Shown here one piece after another: positions 8,531-17,981 of a DNA stretch of 64,000 nt. Origin of the DNA: Candidatus Babeliales bacterium (lineage in GTDB: Bacteria > Babelota > Babeliae > Babelales > Vermiphilaceae); assembly GCA_963743635.1 (NCBI GenBank), contig CAVUQO010000003.1, positions 128,001 through 192,000 on the forward strand, given 5' to 3'. The notes under the pieces are model-generated. The model searched no databases. It was not told the origin of the DNA and was given only the letters and a program-made list of their open reading frames with translations. The first letter of the stretch is position 1; the number at the start of each line of letters is the position of its first letter. The position numbers were made by a program, and so were the translations under genes.

Positions 8531-9706
8531 ATGGCACATCAACTTGCAAAAAATACCGTACAAGTTTTGCCTGAAGGCGAACTTGAAAAAAAATTAGCAA
8601 CGGGCAAAAAGCTCAACATTAAGTTAGGAATGGATCCTACATCTTCCGATTTACATCTTGGTCATGCAGTTGTACTTTCCAAACTCAAAGAATTCCAAGA
8701 TGCGGGCCATAACGTTATTTTCTTGATTGGTGATTTCACCGCACGCATTGGCGATCCAACGGGGCGCTCAAAAACGCGTCCACCATTGACTGAAGAAGAT
8801 ATCAAACATAATACCAAGACCTATTTCGAACAGGTCAGCAAAATTCTTGATCCAAAGAAAATTACCATTCGATACAATTCAGAACTACTCGATCCATTAA
8901 GCGCAAAAGATATCGTGAAATTGTGCGCGAAAGTTACTCTTGCACGATTAACGGAACGTGAAGATTTTAAAAATCGTATCGAAGCAAATCAACCAATTGG
9001 TTTTCATGAGCTGCTTTATCCGCTCTTTCAAGGCTATGATTCAGTGGCATTGCATGCTGACGTCGAGCTCGGCGGAACCGATCAAACATTCAATCTTTTA
9101 ATGGGCCGTTACTTGCAAGAGCAGTATGGCCAACCCGCGCAAGTGGTGATGACGATGCCGTTACTTGAGGGCTTAGATGGTCAGCAAAAGATGTCTAAAT
9201 CATTGGGCAATACCATTGGTTTAACCGAATCTGCCGATCAGGCGTTTGGTAAATTGATGTCTATCTCAGATGTTCTTATGTGGCGCTATATGCGCGTATT
9301 GCTGAATAAAGATCAGCAAGAAATGAGCAGTTGGGAAGCGCGTGTTGCCGGAGGATCGACACATCCCATGGAATTGAAAAAAAACATGGCGCGCAATATC
9401 GTTGCAAAATTTTGGTCTGAAAAAGAGGCGGATGCTGCATTCAAACAATTTGAAGCGGTGTTTCAGAAAAAAGATTATTCCCAAGCGCAAGAAGTTTCGC
9501 TGGGCGATCTTGCCAATCCAATTTGGATCGTCGATCTTTTAAAAGCGCTCGATGCAATTAAAACATCCTCTGAAGCAAAGCGATTAATAGAAACAGGTTC
9601 AGTATCCATTGATGAGAAACCAGTCACCGAATTTAAAGCCGAAGTTGCATGGAAATCGGGCATGACCATTAAGGTTGGTAAACATAGGATATATCGCATC
9701 GCGTAA
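8531..9706 (+). CDS. tyrS: Tyrosine--tRNA ligase
   Basis: GMDPT..DLHLGH (HIGH motif), IGDPTGRS, GGTDQTFN, KMSKS, C-terminal S4 domain. Confidence 0.98.
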   Translation: MAHQLAKNTVQVLPEGELEKKLATGKKLNIKLGMDPTSSDLHLGHAVVLSKLKEFQDAGHNVIFLIGDFTARIGDPTGRSKTRPPLTEEDIKHNTKTYFEQVSKILDPKKITIRYNSELLDPLSAKDIVKLCAKVTLARLTEREDFKNRIEANQPIGFHELLYPLFQGYDSVALHADVELGGTDQTFNLLMGRYLQEQYGQPAQVVMTMPLLEGLDGQQKMSKSLGNTIGLTESADQAFGKLMSISDVLMWRYMRVLLNKDQQEMSSWEARVAGGSTHPMELKKNMARNIVAKFWSEKEADAAFKQFEAVFQKKDYSQAQEVSLGDLANPIWIVDLLKALDAIKTSSEAKRLIETGSVSIDEKPVTEFKAEVAWKSGMTIKVGKHRIYRIA

Positions 9707-9730
9707 CCCATTACAGTGCGAAAACAATAT

Positions 9731-9767
9731 AAAAAAAACGAGCGATCATCATGATCGCTCGTTTTTT
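9731..9767. terminator. Bidirectional intrinsic terminator
   Basis: A-tract CGAGCGATCA TCA TGATCGCTCG T-tract between convergent genes. Confidence 0.85.
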
Positions 9768-9784
9768 AGTCGATAGTAAGAAAA

Positions 9785-10261
9785 TTATCGATATTCAGAC
9801 GCAAGATATTCTTCAGTAGTTGCGATTCTTTTCAAAGTAATTCCTAACCTAGTAGCTAAGTGCTCCAGAGTTCTAGTGAGGTGCTTGCATGAGTGTTTTA
9901 ACTGGTTTAACTGATGCTGCGATAATGATGTTCCCGCTTGATCGGGAGTTGTCCAATCCATCGCAGTGTTGTAACAAACTGATAGACGACTATTAAATGA
10001 ATTTTTGGAGCCTGCGCTCAGAAGATCGTAATTATGTCTGCTTGCATGTAATAACTCATGACTTTTATGGCTTATCGTTTTTATTGTGCTCTCCACTCTA
10101 TCGAACGTGTCACCGTCTGTGCCAAGGGAAAGCATGTTGAGACTATCAGTAACAGTTTTCATGTCGAGGGAAAGTTGGTTAAAAAACTCTTCTCTATCTG
10201 CCAGCGCCGATTGTCCATAACACACCAGGGCTATAATAGCCAATTGCTTTAGTATCTTCAT
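9785..10261 (-). CDS. Small secreted helical protein (MKxLKxxAIxAL family, 1 of 3)
   Basis: RBS AAGGAG; signal peptide MKILKQLAIIALV. Confidence 0.75.
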   Translation of the reverse strand: MKILKQLAIIALVCYGQSALADREEFFNQLSLDMKTVTDSLNMLSLGTDGDTFDRVESTIKTISHKSHELLHASRHNYDLLSAGSKNSFNSRLSVCYNTAMDWTTPDQAGTSLSQHQLNQLKHSCKHLTRTLEHLATRLGITLKRIATTEEYLASEYR

Positions 10262-10373
10262 ATTCTTTTTCTCCTTTATTATGAAGATTAATACTATTAT
10301 CAATTCTCAGTCTAATTAAAAAAGGGGCTAAAAAGCAATGGTTTAGCGGGTTATTTTTATTTTTAAACACGAA

Positions 10374-10411
10374 ACAAGCATCCATAGCCACCTTTGGCTA
10401 TGGATGCTTGT
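10374..10411. repeat. Perfect 17-bp inverted repeat
   Basis: ACAAGCATCCATAGCCA-CCTT-TGGCTATGGATGCTTGT. Confidence 0.8.
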
Positions 10412-10461
10412 GGAAAATACCAATCAAAGGGGTTATTTGTAACCCTTCCGCCTACGTTTAT

Positions 10462-10655
10462 TCAGTCTTCGCTCCTTTTTCGAGCTACGCCTGACAGGCC
10501 GGTCTTGTCGGGCAGCGTCCGAGCGTCTTTCGATGAACTCCCTACTGCGCTATCCTTCGACCCTTCGACCAGCTCAGGGCTCAGGACGAGCGGGACCCCG
10601 TTCATGGTAGTCCTGAGCGAAAAGCGAAGGGACGAACCACGAAGGGCAGGCAGGA
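10462..10655. repeat. REP/MITE-like palindromic element cluster
   Basis: About 10540-10652 is a near-identical reverse complement of about 52306-52413; GC-rich, with CCTTCGA/GCTCAGGA motifs. Confidence 0.8.
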
Positions 10656-10677
10656 TGCACGGGATGAAGACGGAGGT

Positions 10678-10848
10678 TTATGGTGCGCGATTAAGCACAA
10701 ACGATATGACGTAAATAATCAAGAATACAAAGAATAAAATTTTCGCGATTCCTACGCTTTCTCCTGCAATGCCGCCAAATCCAAGAATTCCTGCTACGAT
10801 AGCAAGCACCAAGAAAATGAGCGTCCAATGTAATAATCCACCGTTCAT
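10678..10848 (-). CDS. DUF1328/UPF0391 (YtjA-like) small membrane protein; not in the ORF track
   Basis: [66 protein letters not shown]. Confidence 0.9.
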   Translation of the reverse strand: MNGGLLHWTLIFLVLAIVAGILGFGGIAGESVGIAKILFFVFLIIYVISFVLNRAP

Positions 10849-11246
10849 GACGTCTCCTTATATAGAGGCCCAGAGTTATACCGAGTTAGATTCTAAAAAA
10901 GATTAATGGTTAAAGGCAATAGTCCGGAGAAAATCTTTCTCTCATTGATGGGCTGGTTACCGGGGGGCATCAAGGGGATTTTTTTAGGGTTTTTTGCGTC
11001 TTGGTAACGTCTTTAGGGGTGAATTTCGCGTGCTGCCTGAGTGCCCAACCTGCCCATATCCTTAGAGGCATATAGCATTGATGGATAAGCTTTATCGATA
11101 TATTTAAAATCCGATATCATCTCCAGGAGGTTCTTTTGAATGTATGGATTTAAAAAAAGCGCTAAACTATTGCATTTCTGGGCTTGGATCGCATATTATC
11201 AGTATTGATAATAATATTAATCTTCATAAATAAGGAGAAAATGAAT

Positions 11247-11603
11247 ATGAAGACATTAAAAAACCTGGCTATAGTAGCCTTGATCATGACTGGGCAATCA
11301 TTGATTGCTGGGCCTAATCCTCACGTGCCATCCCATGCAGAAGTTAAAGCGATAGAGGATCGACTCGCGAAAAAAGGCTCAAAGGAGGCCGCAACTGAGT
11401 CTTGCATAGTTGCCTTGGGAAAGGATCGCGAAACCCTCAGAAGTTGGAAAGATAGCACTGGTAGACTTTATGAGTACGTTACAGCAACCTTGAATAAGGC
11501 TCAAAATGAACTAACTGCAGCTCGAAAAGCCTTCATGACCAAGTTGTCAACTCAGGTAAAATCAATGCAGGCGGTTGTTGAGGCAGAAAGCTCGGCTCGT
11601 TAG
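11247..11603 (+). CDS. Small secreted helical protein (family, 2 of 3)
   Basis: MKTLKNLAIVALI; TTGCAT...TATTAT promoter and AAGGAG RBS. Confidence 0.75.
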   Translation: MKTLKNLAIVALIMTGQSLIAGPNPHVPSHAEVKAIEDRLAKKGSKEAATESCIVALGKDRETLRSWKDSTGRLYEYVTATLNKAQNELTAARKAFMTKLSTQVKSMQAVVEAESSAR

Positions 11604-11635
11604 TGCAATCATAGCTCATGCACAATAAAAGAACC

Positions 11636-11669
11636 AAAAGGGGCGATCTAAAAAGTCGCCTCCTTTTTT
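11636..11669 (+). terminator. Intrinsic terminator
   Basis: GGGGCGA...TCGCCTCC followed by T6. Confidence 0.7.
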
Positions 11670-11891
11670 CGATTCTGGTCCGTTTTTATGAAACGGAGAC
11701 TATCATGATTTCCCCCCCCCGATAATTTCGCCTCATAAAACTCATTTTTTTAACTGAATTTTTGGCTCTAGAAGGCACTTGTTGCTATAAAATATTCAAA
11801 AAAATATTAAATTGTTGCATTTTGATGAACGATTTGCGTAACATAAGACTTGATAATAGTATTAATCTTCATTAAAGGGGAGACTAAAAAT

Positions 11892-12272
11892 ATGAAGATG
11901 CTAAAAAATGTGGCTATCATAGCCTTGGTGATTTGCGGTAAGTCAATGAATGCCGTTTCTGATCCAGTTGTTCCAACTACTGGTACACTAAATAAGATAC
12001 AAGAAAACGTTAAAAATAAGTGGACCACTATTGCTGATATCAAACATCTTAAGCAAGCAGTCATTGAACTTGATGGCTTCATGGATGCTACGACTCGCTT
12101 ACTAAATCATGCAAGAACAGTTCAAATGAATGCCGTTAACCAGCTTACTGCATTAAGAAAAGCTGAAATTGCGAAGACAAAAGAAAAGCTACAAGGTATG
12201 GAAGAAGAAATTACGAGCGAAACTGCTGGTAAGGATCTTTGCGAAACAATGCCAATGGCGATGGAGCGATAA
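11892..12272 (+). CDS. Small secreted coiled-coil protein (family, 3 of 3)
   Basis: MKMLKNVAIIALV; TTGCAT...TAACAT promoter and GGAG RBS. Confidence 0.75.
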   Translation: MKMLKNVAIIALVICGKSMNAVSDPVVPTTGTLNKIQENVKNKWTTIADIKHLKQAVIELDGFMDATTRLLNHARTVQMNAVNQLTALRKAEIAKTKEKLQGMEEEITSETAGKDLCETMPMAMER

Positions 12273-12304
12273 GTAATACCTTTAAGCATCAAGCAACAAG
12301 TCAT

Positions 12305-12337
12305 AAAAAAGAGGCAGTTCTATGGGCTGCCTCTTTT
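12305..12337. terminator. Bidirectional terminator
   Basis: AAAAGAGGCAG...CTGCCTCTTTT. Confidence 0.8.
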
Positions 12338-12367
12338 AGTTTTTGAATATTCTCCAGATTTTTTTTC

Positions 12368-12862
12368 TTATGAACAGCATTGTGTTACGGTCACACTAAT
12401 TGCTGTAGATATATTCCCATATGCATCAACCGATACAATGTAATAACTGTAGACCACATTTGGTTGGCGATTGTGATCATAATATTGTAGTGGATCATTT
12501 GCCGGGATGGTTGCAATAAGTTCAGTGAGTGCTTCATCACGATAGATATTATACGCAATTGGCGCATCGCCATATGCGGGTGTAGTCCAGGTTATTTTAT
12601 TAATGAAATCGGTTTGCAAGAGAAAAACGTTTTGTATTTTACATCCTTGTACTGAATCCGGCGGGAATACTGGCGGCGGTTGGTTATTGAGCGTTGGAGG
12701 CGGTGGTGGTGGCGGTCCTCCGGGACCAAAAGGAAGGTCTGTTCTAAAGTCGGCAGCATTGGCACTGGAGTCAAAGGACTCATCGGGGGTTTGCGTGTTG
12801 ATGGTTGCATACATTGCTAAGCAGGTAAGCAACAGTAATGCTTTAATGCTGTTGCATTTCAT
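12368..12862 (-). CDS. Secreted protein: poly-Pro linker + stand-alone FN3-like C-terminal domain
   Basis: Signal peptide; GPPPPPPP; GCKIQNVFLLQTDFINKITW...VTVTQCCS. Confidence 0.75.
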   Translation of the reverse strand: MKCNSIKALLLLTCLAMYATINTQTPDESFDSSANAADFRTDLPFGPGGPPPPPPPTLNNQPPPVFPPDSVQGCKIQNVFLLQTDFINKITWTTPAYGDAPIAYNIYRDEALTELIATIPANDPLQYYDHNRQPNVVYSYYIVSVDAYGNISTAISVTVTQCCS

Positions 12863-12908
12863 AGTGCTCTCTCTCTTTATTTAAGGGCTGTAAATGCATT
12901 AAAGATCG

Positions 12909-14318
12909 CTACGAACAGCATTGTGTTACGGTCACACTATTTGGCGTTGATACAGAGCCATTCGCATCAACCGATACAATGTAATAACTGTAGACCACAT
13001 TTGGTTGGCGATTGTGATCATAATATTGTAATGGTGCATTCGCTGGAATCGTTGCAACGAGTTCCGTGAGAGCTGGATCGCGGTAGATCTTGTATGAAAC
13101 TGGTACGGGACCGCTTGTGGGCGCTGTCCACGTAATATTGTTAATAAAATCAGTTTGCAGAAGAAATACGTTTTTCGTTTTGCATCCCTGTATTGAATTA
13201 GGAGGGTTTGGGGGTATAGTAATGACGCTTACACTGCCTAAATTGTAGGGGCCTCCGGTATCATTGACTACATACGCTCTTGTACCATCAGGAGTAAGTG
13301 CAATCCCAGTGGGAGTATTAAATGAGGGATCGTTGATAACATCAGTCACCGTATTAGAGGCAGTGTTAATGACGGTGACGCTTCCTGTGCCATAGGCGCC
13401 GCCCATCTGATTGGTTACATAGGCTGTTGCGCCATCAGGGGAAATCGTAATTACTACGGAAGTATTAAATGAGGGATCGTTGATAACATCAGTAACCGTA
13501 TTAGACTCAGTGTTAATGACGCTGACGCTTCCTGTGCCATAGGTGCCGCCGCTCTGATTGGCTACATAAACTGTTGTGCCATCAGGGGTCATTGCAAGTA
13601 CTGCAGAAATATTAAATGAGGGATTGTTGATAACGGCAGCAACCGTATTAGAGGCAGTGTTAATGACGCTGACGCATCCTGTGCCATAGGTGCCGCCCAT
13701 CTGATTGCCTACATAAGCTCTTGTACCATCAGGGGTAAAGGTTATTAATGCAGGATCATTAAATGAGGGATCATTGATAACATCAGTCACCGTATTAGAG
13801 GCGGTGTTGATGACGCTGATGCTTCCTGTGCCATAGGCGCCGCCAGTCTCATTGGCTACATAAACTGTTTTATCATCAGGAGTAATTGCAATTCCGAGGG
13901 GCTCATCAAATGAGGGATCATTGATAACGTCAGTCACCGTATTAGACACAGTGTTAATGACGCTGACGCATCCTGTGCCATGGGTGCCGCCAAGTAGATT
14001 GGCTGCATAAGCTGTTGTACCCTCAGAGGTTACGATTATTATAGGCCTATTAAATGAGGAATCGTTGATAACATCAGTAACAGTATTAGAGATGGTGTTA
14101 ATAACGGTGATGCTTCCTGTGCCGGAGGTACCGCCAGCTTGGTTGGGGACATACGCTGTTGGATTATTAGGGCTAATTTCAATCCATAAGGGCGTATCAA
14201 ATGATGGATCATTGATAACATCAGTAACCATAATTGATGAGGTGGCATAAAGCCCATGCGCGACAAGTAATGACGTGGATAATAAATATACTATACGATG
14301 AGCAACTTTTTTTAACAT
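12909..14318 (-). CDS. YVTN/YncE-like beta-propeller with FN3-like C-terminal domain
   Basis: About seven 50-aa repeats VTDVINDPSF..TPDG..AYVxN..VSVINT..NTV; same C-terminal domain as 12368-12862. Confidence 0.85.
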   Translation of the reverse strand: MLKKVAHRIVYLLSTSLLVAHGLYATSSIMVTDVINDPSFDTPLWIEISPNNPTAYVPNQAGGTSGTGSITVINTISNTVTDVINDSSFNRPIIIVTSEGTTAYAANLLGGTHGTGCVSVINTVSNTVTDVINDPSFDEPLGIAITPDDKTVYVANETGGAYGTGSISVINTASNTVTDVINDPSFNDPALITFTPDGTRAYVGNQMGGTYGTGCVSVINTASNTVAAVINNPSFNISAVLAMTPDGTTVYVANQSGGTYGTGSVSVINTESNTVTDVINDPSFNTSVVITISPDGATAYVTNQMGGAYGTGSVTVINTASNTVTDVINDPSFNTPTGIALTPDGTRAYVVNDTGGPYNLGSVSVITIPPNPPNSIQGCKTKNVFLLQTDFINNITWTAPTSGPVPVSYKIYRDPALTELVATIPANAPLQYYDHNRQPNVVYSYYIVSVDANGSVSTPNSVTVTQCCS

Positions 14319-14401
14319 TATGACCTCCTAATGTGAACTATAGATATCTTAGATCTACTATTTTTTGTGTTTACAATCAACACGCAAAAAGAGTCTCATC
14401 A

Positions 14402-15337
14402 CTAAAATACGATCGACACATCGGCCCAGACGCTGAACGTGCGCGCGTGAAATAGATTTGCGGTACTCGCGTTAACGCCGCCGCCAACCACAATGGGTTT
14501 ATGCGGAATGGTACTGCGAATAAGATGCAGTACGTTAAAGTATGCTGCGTTGCGCGTGAAGTTGGGAGTTGAAACGGTCGCGGTTGGCGCTATCACTCCT
14601 TGATTCGTAAAGAAGGTAGGGTTGTAACCAGCTTCATACGCAGTGATATTTTGGCGATATTGCAGCGTCACTAAAAGATCGGTGAAGTTGCCCGGTTCAA
14701 TGATATCGCATGGCGGTAAAACCGGATTCCATGAGCGATTAAAAAGATGCACAAATCGTTGCTGAATGATGACCGACAATGTTCTTTTTTCATTTTCAAT
14801 AAATGCGTATGATCCCTCGACGCCAAATCCTGCGCCATAAAAGCGTGAGCCAACGAGGGGGCCGTAGCGATCATCTAATCGCACGGTTCTGCCTGCAGGT
14901 AATCCCGCTAAACCGTATGCTACTATTTGTCCCCTATCGCCAATAAAGTAGCGATATCCTCCAGTAAATAAGAAATCATCAAAGGCGGTGCGTGATGCAG
15001 AAAAAGGATCAGACCCGGTGAAGGTGCTGTGATCATTCTCTAATCCGGTGGTCAATTCGATCCATGAGCTCAGTGAAGGAAGATAGCGCACGTTAAACAG
15101 TGCGCCCACCACATTGCGGTATTCGTGCACATCAACTGCGGGCGTTTCGGTAACGATATGACTCCTGCGCCCGAAATAAACGGGTAGCGCGGAAACGAGC
15201 ACAAAAGATTTCTTTTTAAGCGCAAAGGGAACATGAAATGCGCGGCGTATACGCATGTTGTAGACGAGTGGATATGCTTGGATTGATGCGAAGTGCAGAG
15301 CAAACAGGAGCGCCATTAACCATTTATTGTTGTACAT
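14402..15337 (-). CDS. Putative outer-membrane beta-barrel protein
   Basis: Signal peptide; alternating aromatic/Gly strands; ends WADVSIVF (BAM-type terminal Phe). Confidence 0.65.
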   Translation of the reverse strand: MYNNKWLMALLFALHFASIQAYPLVYNMRIRRAFHVPFALKKKSFVLVSALPVYFGRRSHIVTETPAVDVHEYRNVVGALFNVRYLPSLSSWIELTTGLENDHSTFTGSDPFSASRTAFDDFLFTGGYRYFIGDRGQIVAYGLAGLPAGRTVRLDDRYGPLVGSRFYGAGFGVEGSYAFIENEKRTLSVIIQQRFVHLFNRSWNPVLPPCDIIEPGNFTDLLVTLQYRQNITAYEAGYNPTFFTNQGVIAPTATVSTPNFTRNAAYFNVLHLIRSTIPHKPIVVGGGVNASTANLFHARTFSVWADVSIVF

Positions 15338-15350
15338 GCATCACTCTCTC

Positions 15351-16640
15351 TTATGCGACCACTACCGGCACATGCATACTTTCTGTGCCATCGCTGTAAA
15401 CAGTGCTTATCGAGTAATTATTTTTGTCGTTACATGAAGGCAGATAAATGTTAGTTACGGGGGGACAATTTGCAGAAACTGTTTGTACCAAAGTAGTGCC
15501 CTGATAGACGTTATATGCGGTGGGATATGCCATCGCATTAGCAGTATTAGGTGTCCAGGTGATAGCCAGTACGAACCCAGTTTGAAGTAGGAAAACATTT
15601 TTTTTCACAGTTCCTGAAACGCCAGCTGGATGATTAACGGTTGTTATTGCCATGCCTACGGGCTCACTGCCCACTGGTATATCAGTTCCTGCAACCGGCG
15701 CTGCGCGATTGGTGATATTAAGTGGTGTAACAGAGTTATCACCAGTATTGGGTATATACGCATAGGAACCTTCAGGGGCAATTACAAGAGATGGGTTAGG
15801 CCCTATGCCTGCTGTGACTGATGTTCCTACTACGGGTGATGCAGGGTTTGAGATATTAATCGGAGTGACACTGCTAGCAGTGTAATTAGTTGCATAGAGA
15901 TAACCGCCATCGGGAGTTACGGCTACGCCAATAATGACACCTGGTGGCAGTGTTATCGTATTTGAAACGGTGGGCGCGAGTCGGTTTGATAGATTGAGTT
16001 GTATCACACTGCCTGCATCATTGTTAGCCACATACGCATAGCTGTTAGAAGGGTCAATGGTAATATCATAAGGAAATACTAGGGGAGCTCCCGTTACTGG
16101 AGTGCCCAATGTATTAGTTGCTATATCAATAGGGATAACGCCTATGGAGGCGCCAGTATCACATACATAAGCAGTCAAACCATTAGGTGCGATAGCGATG
16201 GCAAAAGGTCCGCTGAATCCTGGAATAACGACGTCAACACTATTGGTTGCTATATTGATGCGTTGTACGGTATCAGTACCCGCGTCAGCGCACGTGACAT
16301 ATACATAGAGGCCGTCCGGTGTTACTGCAGTAAACTGTGGTGTTGAAGAGCCGAAGGAAATATCAGGAAGGATGTGTGTGTTGGTTGCAACATCAATGCG
16401 TTTTACGGTGTTATCCGTTTTGCACGGGACAAATACCGTACTATTATCCGGGGTCACGCTGAGGCCAGGGTTAGATTCAGCGCCGAGGTCTACCGTAGCA
16501 ATCACCAGATCGGTGGCAGCATCGATAACAGAGACGGTGGTATCATTATCATTACCGACGTATATAAAGGGCGCTGTGTGAATAATGAGTCCAGCGTGCA
16601 ATGTCACAAGCGTTAACAGCATTCGTTTACGAATATTCAT
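15351..16640 (-). CDS. YVTN/YncE-like beta-propeller with related C-terminal domain
   Basis: YVGND..TVSVIDAAT and TPDG..YVT repeats; GTVKKNVFLLQTGFVLAITW. Confidence 0.85.
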   Translation of the reverse strand: MNIRKRMLLTLVTLHAGLIIHTAPFIYVGNDNDTTVSVIDAATDLVIATVDLGAESNPGLSVTPDNSTVFVPCKTDNTVKRIDVATNTHILPDISFGSSTPQFTAVTPDGLYVYVTCADAGTDTVQRINIATNSVDVVIPGFSGPFAIAIAPNGLTAYVCDTGASIGVIPIDIATNTLGTPVTGAPLVFPYDITIDPSNSYAYVANNDAGSVIQLNLSNRLAPTVSNTITLPPGVIIGVAVTPDGGYLYATNYTASSVTPINISNPASPVVGTSVTAGIGPNPSLVIAPEGSYAYIPNTGDNSVTPLNITNRAAPVAGTDIPVGSEPVGMAITTVNHPAGVSGTVKKNVFLLQTGFVLAITWTPNTANAMAYPTAYNVYQGTTLVQTVSANCPPVTNIYLPSCNDKNNYSISTVYSDGTESMHVPVVVA

Positions 16641-16706
16641 ACTTTTCCTTTTTGAAATGGTGTATCGAGACTGTATCAAAGATGCGATATGGTGTGCAAG
16701 AAAAAG

Positions 16707-17858
16707 TTATACCACCGCGCAGGGAATTTGAGTGGGGAGTCGCGTAGTGATTTCTCGTGGATTAGCGCTGCCCAGACGCGCTGCAAGATCATGGGCGCGT
16801 ACGCCATCAAAATCACCCATCAAAATTACCTCATCTCCAACGCGAGCATGCGGAACGTCTGTAATATCGATGATCATAAAGTTCATGCATATGCGGCCAA
16901 GTACGGGTGCATAATAGTGAGTTTTGCGCGTGGTATCATTGGCGCTGATGATCACGTTACCATTGTTGCTCAGTTTGCGATCATATCCTTCATAATAACC
17001 AACGGGCAGAATTGCCGTGGTTGTTTCGCGTGTTGCGATAAAAAGGCGATCGTAGCTGACCGATGAGCCAGCAGGAATTGTTTTAGTGTAGATGATGCGT
17101 GTTTTCCACGCGAGCGCTTGTTTGAGTTGGATTGTATCGGTATGACGATCTAGAATATGTTTTGGCACGATTCCATAGACGCCGGCGCCAATGCGTACAA
17201 GATTATGATGCGCATCACTGATGCCTAAAACAGCAGCAGAATTTGAGGTATGTTTTATTGGAATGGTGAGACCGTGTTGCGCTAATTGAGCAATGAGGTC
17301 AGTGAATAGTGCGAGTTGTTGGCGTGTGAAGGTTTGATCTTCTTTGTCTGATTGTATGAAATGCGTGGTGATGCCACGGATGACAAGATTGGGTAATCGT
17401 GCCATGCGCATGATGACGTCAAATGCTTCATGAGCAAAGAGCCCAAAGCGCGATAATCCCGTATCAATTTTTATGTGTATGTATGCGTTTTTGCGTTGTT
17501 TTTGTGCAAACATGCTGAGCAGCACTGCCGTTTCATAATCATAAATCACCATATCAAGATCGTAGGTAACAACTGTTTCAGGATCCGCGTTCAAAAAATA
17601 CATTGCGAGGATTGGTTTTGTGATACCCGCTTCGCGCAATGCGATCGCTTCGGTAACGTTTGCGGTACATATATAGGAAACGTTATCATTGGTTTCGCAC
17701 ACGCCGCCCACTTGTAGTAAACCATGTCCATATGCATTGCTTTTCACCACAACGCCGAGCATCGCATCATTGCCAATGCGTTGTTTGTAACATGCGATGT
17801 TATGTTCCATGGCTGCGCGAGAAAGCTCAAGCCATGTCTGAGTGTATTGCGTATACAT
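16707..17858 (-). CDS. alr: Alanine racemase
   Basis: VVKSNAYGHG PLP-lysine motif, HIKIDTGLSRFG, SNSAA, VRIGAGVYG, GRICMN. Confidence 0.97.
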   Translation of the reverse strand: MYTQYTQTWLELSRAAMEHNIACYKQRIGNDAMLGVVVKSNAYGHGLLQVGGVCETNDNVSYICTANVTEAIALREAGITKPILAMYFLNADPETVVTYDLDMVIYDYETAVLLSMFAQKQRKNAYIHIKIDTGLSRFGLFAHEAFDVIMRMARLPNLVIRGITTHFIQSDKEDQTFTRQQLALFTDLIAQLAQHGLTIPIKHTSNSAAVLGISDAHHNLVRIGAGVYGIVPKHILDRHTDTIQLKQALAWKTRIIYTKTIPAGSSVSYDRLFIATRETTTAILPVGYYEGYDRKLSNNGNVIISANDTTRKTHYYAPVLGRICMNFMIIDITDVPHARVGDEVILMGDFDGVRAHDLAARLGSANPREITTRLPTQIPCAVV

Positions 17859-17981
17859 ACGGTATCCTGGGGAAAAACTTACGTTTAATGCATTTCCAGG
17901 CTACCGTTTTTACATTATATACGCAAGTATTCGCCCTGAGTATTTCGAGCCTAAAAGCGAGAACTGTGTCGAAGGGTATAG

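Noticed and set aside
10394..10714. 106-aa ORF
   Set aside because: Reads through REP-like repeats and overlaps the DUF1328 gene on the opposite strand
11014..11075. GGGGTG...CTGAG...CCC.AACCTG resembling a TPP riboswitch
   Set aside because: Spacing and 3' half do not fit; it lies upstream of the predicted promoter and no thiamine gene is adjacent
11712..11720. C9 homopolymer as a phase-variation tract
   Set aside because: Intergenic and about 95 nt upstream of the predicted -35; no evident effect
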